This document shows positions 1 to 64,000 of a DNA stretch of 64,000 nt, one piece after another. Numbering within the stretch: position 1 is the first letter of the stretch; every line of letters begins with the position of its first letter. The stretch is from assembly GCF_006345805.1 (NCBI RefSeq), contig NC_042997.1, forward strand, positions 58,280,001 through 58,344,000. Reading direction: 5' to 3'. The notes under the pieces are model-generated. The model searched no databases and was not told the DNA's origin. It worked only from the letters and a program-made list of their open reading frames with translations. A program made the translations under genes and the position numbers. The stretch is from Octopus sinensis (taxonomy: Eukaryota).

Positions 1-284
1 TTTAGAAATTTTGTAGTAATCCTCTGAATTTCCATGTCAATCAAGTTGTTATTTTTATTTTCGCTCAAGCTTTCTTATTTTCCATGTGAGAGCTATTCAT
101 TTAAGAATTTCACTTTAGTAGAATCTAGTTTATAGTGGGAAATAATTTCAGTTCAGTTGATCACCTGGCATCACATGTGATTGTCTTAAGCAGGCACTTT
201 GTGTGTGTGTAATATCATGCAATACAACATTTGCAAAACTAATTTATTATTTAGTTTCTTATGAAGGAGCAGTACTTATAGCTC

Positions 285-487
285 TTAACCGATTATAGCA
301 TTCCGATTATTCTGTTAAATGTAATGCTTATTTATTCACATGGTTTTGAATTGCTCATGCATTATCTCATACCTTCAAAAATTTTGATGATGTGATTATT
401 TATTTTTAGAATGAACTTCTAGGGCCAGATCTGGTTGGTTTGAACAAAAAACAGGTAGAATATTTGGGTTTAAATCTTAAAAGGTTG
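285..487 (+). mobile_element. TTAA-ended (piggyBac-type) MITE, ~210-bp family
   Basis: shared body tcaaatgtaatgcttatttattcacattgttttgaatt...; copies at 285, 28880, 31996, 33517 and 59745 (-). Confidence 0.75.
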
Positions 488-2769
488 AATCTATTGTAGA
501 ATGGAAAGCAAGCTATGACTGGGTGAGATTACTAGAATTCATGTTAAATTCAAATTATTGCAGGTTAGAGAGAAAAACAAGTCAAAGATACCTTCACTCC
601 TATATTGTTAGGTTGATAGCACTTTTAGTGGCTTGTAATAATGGTTTCAAATTTTGGCTCAAGGCCAGCAATTTTGGGGAGGGAATAATTTGATTACATT
701 GACCATAGTGTTCAACTGGTACTTATTTCATTAACTCACAAATGAATGAAAAGGCTGAGTTGACCATGGCAGCATTTGATGTAAAGACAGATGAAATGCT
801 ACTAAGCATTCTGTCTGGCATGCTTATGATTCTGCCAGCTCACCACCTTAATAACAATAATAATGATAATAATAATAATTCTAAAGGCACAAGACCTGAA
901 ATTTGGGAGAAGGGAACTAGTCAGTTACATTGACCCTAGTGCTTGACTGGTACTTATTTTATTGATCCTGAAAGAATGAAAGGCAAGTCAACCCTGGTGG
1001 AATTTGAATTCAATATGTAAAGATAGATGAAATGCCACTAAGCATTTTTTCTGCCTGCTCACTGCCTTGTAATAATTAATTCTAATATAGACATAAAATC
1101 AGTTTTGAGGGGAAAAGGGTTAATCAGTACCATTGATCTCAGCTTTTGACTGGTACTTTATTTTATTGATGCTGAATGACTGAAAGGCAAAGTTGACTTT
1201 GGGGGATTTGAACGCAGAAAGAAGAGCTGGAACAAATATTGATTTCAAATTTTGGCACAAGGCCGGAAGTTTCAGGGGAGGTGGGGGTGTAAGTCAGTTT
1301 ATAATGACTCCAGTATTCAACTGGTACTTATTTTATCAACCCTGAAAGGATGGAAGGCAAAATCAACTTAGGCAGAATTTGAACTCAGAATGTAAAGATG
1401 GACAAAATGCCACAAAGCATTTCGCCCATCATGCTAATGATTTTGCCAACTGGACCAAATATTGCAAGACATTTTGTCTAACACTCTAACAATTCTACTA
1501 AATTCTGCTTTAACACTGCCTTTAGTGAATTACAATAATGAAAATATTCACCTGCATATATGCTGTCTTCCCTCTCTTTTCATTGCCTCTTTCCCACCCC
1601 TTTTTCTTTCAGCCCTACCATCTCTCTCCCTTAGTGTTTCTCTCTTTTTCTGTCACCCCTTCTTTCTTTGCATCCTTCTGTCTCTGTCTGTCTTTGTTTC
1701 TCTTTCTTTCTCTCTCTCTCTCTCTTTAACAGTAAATTGATTCTATCATTACATATTACAATTGAAAATTTGTCTAAAGATCTGACAAATTTGTTATTGT
1801 ACTGAATTTGTTATTGATGTACTTGTACATCTGTGCACCATTCATTGTCTTTACTACAAAAGCAAACTTAAAGGCAATATCTGGGAATTATAATGATTTG
1901 AAAGGATTCATTGAAATATCTGGGAATTATAATGATTTGAAAGGATTTATTCATCAAAGTGAAATTCTGTATTTACCAAAGAATCTGCCTCCTCTAAAAA
2001 TTAAAAAGAAAGAAAGGGAAGACAAGAAAAACGACAGAAAGTAGTTATTATGCAGGAATAGTAAGAATTGAAGTACTTTAAGGGCTACTTCACTTACCTT
2101 TGATTAACAGCTGGAGAGAGAGAGAGAGAGAGGTGGGGAGAAGCGGGGAGGAGAGAAAATGATAAAGATGGATCTGTAAATCTACTTATCATTTTATTAT
2201 GTTTTGACCATTGTTTTAAATGAACATATTAATAAATTAAATATCTTCCTCTGTCTTTCTCTCTCTCCCTTCGCCTCCCCCTTTTTCCACATACAATTCA
2301 GATGATTTTATTAGATATAGTGTAGGATCAGACTTTGGAATATGGCCAAACAGCATTTAAAGTGAAGAGGTTAATAGGACAGATTGAAGACCAAGCCCAG
2401 CATGTTTTCCAATACCAGCTAAATTGGTTTAGTTGGTCTTATTCAGCAAGGGAGAATTATTTTCATCAATATGAATTTGAAGATATAAGTACAGATATGG
2501 TTGTCATGCAACCTGGGCAAATATCTATATAATCTTAGGTTGATGAACACCTTAGGAAAGGGATTTGTTTCATAAAAATTGTGTGAACGTTTATCATACA
2601 TGTATGTGTAAATGAATGATGCACGTGTGTGTGCATTTATGTAAAAGCCTATGTTATTTCAAAGAAGTGTAGCCACTATGAGTGAAATATTTCTTAGTGA
2701 CACCATAAGAGTTGAGTAGATTTGAAGTTAAAGTTTGTGTGATTTTCTTTAAATCATTGCAATAGAACT

Positions 2770-3225
2770 CTTGATTGACAATCTGACCCTGGGGGATGAA
2801 TTCTTAATGCACAGTACCACATTTCCGGCAGTGACACTTGTGGCAGGCCTTTCAAATTACTCGTTGTCTTCTGGGGATGTTCTTCTGTTTTGGAAGTACC
2901 CATGCCACTTGAAACATTGCATACAGCCCATTGCCTTGTCACCATAGGTTTGTTGAAGCATGCTCAATATCTCTGTAGCAGACTTTCCAAATTTAACAAT
3001 ATTTCACATGGGCTTTTTGTTTCTGTCTATGGCAAAAATGCAGACTACAGCATACACTTGATTACAAAAAGCCAAATTTCACAATTTGTAAAGTAAACAC
3101 AGTGATGTCACTCAACATACTGCCTCATGAAGGTCACTGCTAGCTCTCACTGTGCATGCAACCATGTGCTGACTTCTATTGGCATACTGCAGAACCAATC
3201 TGGGAACTTTTTGATACAACTTTAT
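2770..3225 (-). mobile_element. mariner transposase N-terminal relic with decayed TIR
   Basis: minus-strand translation ...VKFGKSATEILSMLQQTYGDKAMGCMQCFKWHGYF...TSPED...RPATS resembles the mariner HTH (KLGKSATET..ML...YGD..M...QCF.W..RF..GR.S.EDD.RSGRP); terminus gttgtatcaaaaagttcc resembles a mariner TIR. Confidence 0.7.
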
Positions 3226-5547
3226 AACATTAAAAAAACAAAACAAGACAAAAGCTTAGTTTGCTTGTTTTGCTATTAGTAAATGTTAGCATGTTGTTGG
3301 ACCTCCAATTGAAGTTAAAGTAGATGTTTTCATTGAGTGAAAAAGTGAATACCTTGTAATAATAGCACAGAACACTAAAGTTGGAGAGAAAGAAAATTAA
3401 ATTAGTTTTATTTGCTTTCTTTATGATGTTCTGGCGAAAAGTTCCACCTGTTAGTTGACAATTTACAAGCATTATGCTGTGCTGAGATCAGGGTATACTG
3501 TTTGCCATTGACTGCTTGTCATACAATGCTATCTACTCATACTTATGATAATAAATCCAAGAATGATAAATTCATAAATGAAAGATAGAGCCTGCCAAAT
3601 CTCCCTCAGAAATGTGTTCATGTAAGGGAATGTTGTTTAGATATATGGGGCTGGTTAGAATCAAGATGCCTCCAACCATAGTGTCTATTCAATTGATTGA
3701 TCTAAGTTAAGCAACATTAATAACTTCAAATAATTCTGCTAGTATAGTGGCATTGTATTTTTTAAGTTATGTCAAGTTGTCAAATATTTATCTTTCTGAA
3801 AAGGGCACTTGAAGCATAATCATGCCTACTACAGATTTTACTATATCAATGGAGGAGGTGTACAGAAAATTTATTGTAAAGAACTGACCAAGTAGCTTTG
3901 GCGATGTCTTGTGCTTGAGAGGACTCATCAAGACAAGTGCACCCGTGCTTGTGGCATGTAAAGAATACATTTCGTGTGTTGGGCCTTGCGGAGGCAATGA
4001 CAGACCTTTGGCATTATGTTGTGCTTGAGAAGACCCATCAAGCCGAGCAAAATGACAATTGTGGCAGATACCGGTATCATGCAAATTGTCACCTGTGCCA
4101 GTGGCATGTAAAAGCACCTGGTGTCATGCAAATGGCACCCGTGCCAGTGGTACATAAATGCACCCATTACACACTCAGAGTGGTTGGTGTTAGGAAGGAC
4201 ATCCAGCCATAGAAAACCATGCAAAATCAGATTGGAGTCTGGTGCAGCCTTCTAGCATGCCAGCCTGGTCAAACTGTCCAACTCATGTCAGCATGGACAA
4301 TGGACATTGAATGATGATAATGATAACAGTAAACATAGTGTTAGTGAAATTCCAACCAATTTGTATATTTGAATGACTAGTGTTTGAATGGAATCTGATG
4401 TAAATTATGATTTTGCCTTGTTACATCTATTTTCGTCTGCTCCAACCACTAAAATATAAAAGAGACTGAATTATATTTTTCTTTTTATGTTAACTGAAAT
4501 ATATAGAGTAAAAGTGATTATCTCAGTATACATATCAATGCTTCTCATATAATTTGAACTTTTTTGAACTTAAGCAATAACTTGAACTTATTGCAGTAAT
4601 ATAAATTGCAGTTAAAACTATCCTATGTAACAGGTTCTCAGAAAGTTTTTTAAAGATTTTATGGTTGGGGCTTGTTTATGGAAGCTGTAGCTATTGTATT
4701 GGTATACAATAGGACTTCACACACTTAATATAGTGAGTTGAGAACCAAACATTCAAGTAACCAAAATTATTCATGCAATTATTAGGTAAAAATTCTCTTT
4801 AAGAGTTGAAAATATATAAAAACGGACATGGGAGACAATTTGAACAAGACCAACTTAAATTTTTGGCAAGTATTTAAAATGCAGATTGGGAGTAGGTTTG
4901 GTCTTTAAACCAAATAGTGAGAGTAATGGACATGTCTTATTAGGCTTCTTCAGTGAATCATTTTATTCAGTTGGTAAGGTAAGGAATATATAAAAATATA
5001 GAGCATGTAGTAATGCTATATCAGAAATATGGCTGTGGGGAAACTATCTCAGGGTAGCATCTGCAAAGACACTCAATAGTTCACTGATTTATTGGTGTTA
5101 TTATCATATTGAACAATTTATCATGACACTTTTTGTTATTAACTCATGCTAAATCCTTCTCTCTCTTCTCTGTCATTGATTTGATATAAATCTAAAGATT
5201 TTGTTTATGTTCAATGTCTACACTGAAAATAAGAATCTATTTGAAAAATGAGTTGACATTTAAATTAAAAGGTAGAATGACTTATGGAAAAACTTGCTTG
5301 CTGTGTGTTTTGAGTTCTATTTTGAGGCATCTGTTCAACAGTTTGTCTTCAATGAAAGTTTGAATGAGATTTCACATTTAATATAATGTTTGAAGGCTAT
5401 GAAAATTATAATTGATCACTTACTTACTACTGACATAAAAATTAAAAACTGTATGAAAAATATAATTGATCACTGACTGTGATCAATATACAAATTATAA
5501 ACTGAATAGAGATTATAATTGATCACTGGTTTGTTTTTATGTTTCAG

Positions 5548-61784
<56,237 letters not shown>

Positions 61785-63884
61785 GTACAGTAATGGGTGT
61801 GTGTGTTTGTGTGTTGTATACTGTTAGGAAAATCTTTTCTATTCTAATTACTATTGACTTAAAGCTTTTAATGCTAATTATATTGGTGAAAATTTAAGAA
61901 GTTTTAGAAACTATTTTTACTTCTGTTCTTTTTAATCAGCATGAGTTGGGTCTGAAAATTTTTACACTCACTTATAGATATTTCAAACAAATGTACTGAA
62001 ACACTATTGAAAGTACCTTTTAGCCAGATCAATGAGAATAAGCTGATATATGTCTAATAGAATTATACACTAGCTGTAAAGAATTTTGAAATCTTGTCTT
62101 TAATCTCACAGCTACTCTCTGTCTCTCTTTCTAACAAACAATTTACTATTAATATACAGTTATTGTTACTTCATTTGCTGTCTTAGGCTCAACTAAGTTG
62201 GATCTGATTATGATATATTGCAATGTATCACATTTGTTCAACATTATTAGTAGAGCACCAACAACACAAAGGGCTATGTAAAAAAATAAAATAGAAGAAA
62301 AATATTTGCAGGCAAATGTGTGAGTGGAGCTATCTTATTCTAGCTGTATTATTTGAAGATAATTGATAGGAAACATCAGATACTCTTAAATGATTTTAAG
62401 GAGAAATTTTAATGAAAAATTCTTGTATCTTTAGTGAATAATTAAATAAATTATATACCTTTTAGACTCAAGCTGTTATATTGTAGAAACTTGGCAGGAG
62501 TATGTGAAGAAGAAAGTTTAGGGGTAGGATGATAGTACATTGCAGTTTGTTTAAGTGTAGTGTGTGACAGTCAAGAGCCTTCAATGTAAAAGTAATGGTG
62601 TAAATTTTATTGTAAAATTTCTTGAAATTTGAGACATAATACTTGAAGGTGTTCACAGTAACTTATGGTTAGACATAAGCTTTTGGAAATATTTTGTAAT
62701 AGAAGATAAGATTGAAGCTCTAAGTTGTTTTAGTTTAACCTATTAATTTATTATCGATCAATTGTTTGTATCTAAATGTATATAAACTCTCTGGATATTC
62801 ACCTCATGTTTAGTAATGTCAACCATGTCAGATTTAATGGTACAGTATCCTCTGTGTTATTGTAGAATTCCATAACATGTAACTGATTTTTTAATTGACT
62901 CCTCCACTGGCCAAAATAAGTTTAAGACTGATGATGACAGTTCTGTTCATTCATTAATTTATTTTTAACAAAACTGTATTAAAATATTTTACTTTTTTTA
63001 AAGTCTATGTAGAATTTTTTTCTCTTTCAAATGATATAGGTGTTATATATCTTTCTACAATTTGAATAATTTTAATGCGCAATTAATTCAAATGATTAAA
63101 AGTTGTCAGCAAAATAAGTTCAAGACTGTACCAACATTATTTTGTTTAAATTGAAAATTTATGGCACAAATGATGAATGAACAAAAATTCATTATTAGTA
63201 TCTAGTTTCATAGCCATTAATTTCAATTACGGCCTTACAATGGCAGGACATGGGAGTTTGACAAATGAGCACAAAAATCACTTGGAATGTTCTGCCATAT
63301 TTCTTCAATAAAATTATATAATTGGGACAAATTTGTTGCTTTTTTTTAGCATGAACTCTTTTAGCAAGGAGAGCCCATTCTTTGCCAATCTTTGTATTGG
63401 CCAGTGGCTTAGTAAAACTTCTATGCTTGAACACAAGCTGTTTTGCTGCATCCTAATTGCTTGCTAATGTTCATGGAGGACACATTTTACTGATGAAGCA
63501 ACACAATCCTTGATCTAGTAACCGGGCTGATATTATGATGCTTTCTCATAGTGAATTAATGTGTAACAATGCTTGATTATTAAACAAAACAGTACAGTAT
63601 GACCAGTCATATGACCACCCATTTGGTTTATTAATTTGCATAATCTTGAACTTATTTTGCTGACAACTTTTAATCATTTGAATTGCGGATTACAATTATT
63701 CGAATTATAGAAATATATATCATACCTATATTATTCGAAAGAGAAAAAAATTCTACATAGACTGTAAAAAGTAAAATAATTTTTATACAGTTTTGTTTAT
63801 ATAGTTTTATTAACGAAGGAATAGAATTGTTATCATTGGTCTTAAACTTATTTTGGCCAGTGTATGTTATATGGAGTCAGTCAA

Positions 63885-63970
63885 GCCATTTAGCTTAATT
63901 GTAGAGTACTCAGCCAGTATCAGAGGGGTATGGGTTCGAATCCCTTAGCCATCTGTTGGCAACTTTTTTT
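63885..63970 (+). pseudogene. degenerate tRNA-like sequence (tRNA pseudogene or SINE head)
   Basis: A-box-like tagcttaattgtag, B-box gggttcgaatccc, T7 run at 63964-63970; the acceptor stem does not pair cleanly. Confidence 0.5.
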
Positions 63971-64000
63971 CCGTCTTATAAAGGTAAAATATCCAATCTT

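Noticed and set aside
1-5547. NECAB start exon or promoter
   Set aside because: No exon ending in an IFLD-like sequence with a donor, and no CpG-rich promoter; the region is SINE, MITE and mariner debris.
62108-62185. Possible final NECAB exon after ctcacag (YSLSLSNKQFTINIQ...stop)
   Set aside because: No convincing match to the conserved NECAB C-terminus (F..SN.D.LE.PE....M..PASWW); the last exon(s) probably lie beyond 64000.

Overview
AT-rich, microsatellite- and SINE-dense animal genomic DNA. The repeat families look like those of Octopus (coleoid cephalopod); this is recognition, not a database match. The window lies almost entirely inside one + strand gene, an NECAB-family protein (two EF-hands, a coiled coil and a C-terminal ABM-like domain). 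I reconstructed 9 coding exons by hand (5548-61784, 860 nt, all GT-AG and phase-consistent). The start and stop exons were not found and probably lie outside the window. The introns, including a 28.4-kb one that splits EF-hand 1, hold many mobile elements: two Penelope-like elements (PLEs) of different type, a HERO/R2-like RLE fragment, RTE and CR1-like LINE pieces, Tc1, two mariners, maT, Tigger/pogo, a piggyBac relic, several MITE families and tRNA-derived SINEs. The most notable observations are: (1) an apparently intact minimal type I hammerhead ribozyme (20924-21005) with an unusually extended stem II, downstream of an open PLE GIY-YIG ORF; (2) a second PLE flanked by inverted pseudo-LTRs carrying decayed hammerheads, one fused behind a tRNA-like head; (3) a CpG-rich 27 x 32-bp array with ordered unit variants at a Tc1/MITE junction; (4) long foldback elements and inverted young SINE pairs around a frame-symmetric 513-nt exon block. 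No CRISPR array, rRNA or intact tRNA was seen. Most ORFs in the supplied track are repeat artefacts.
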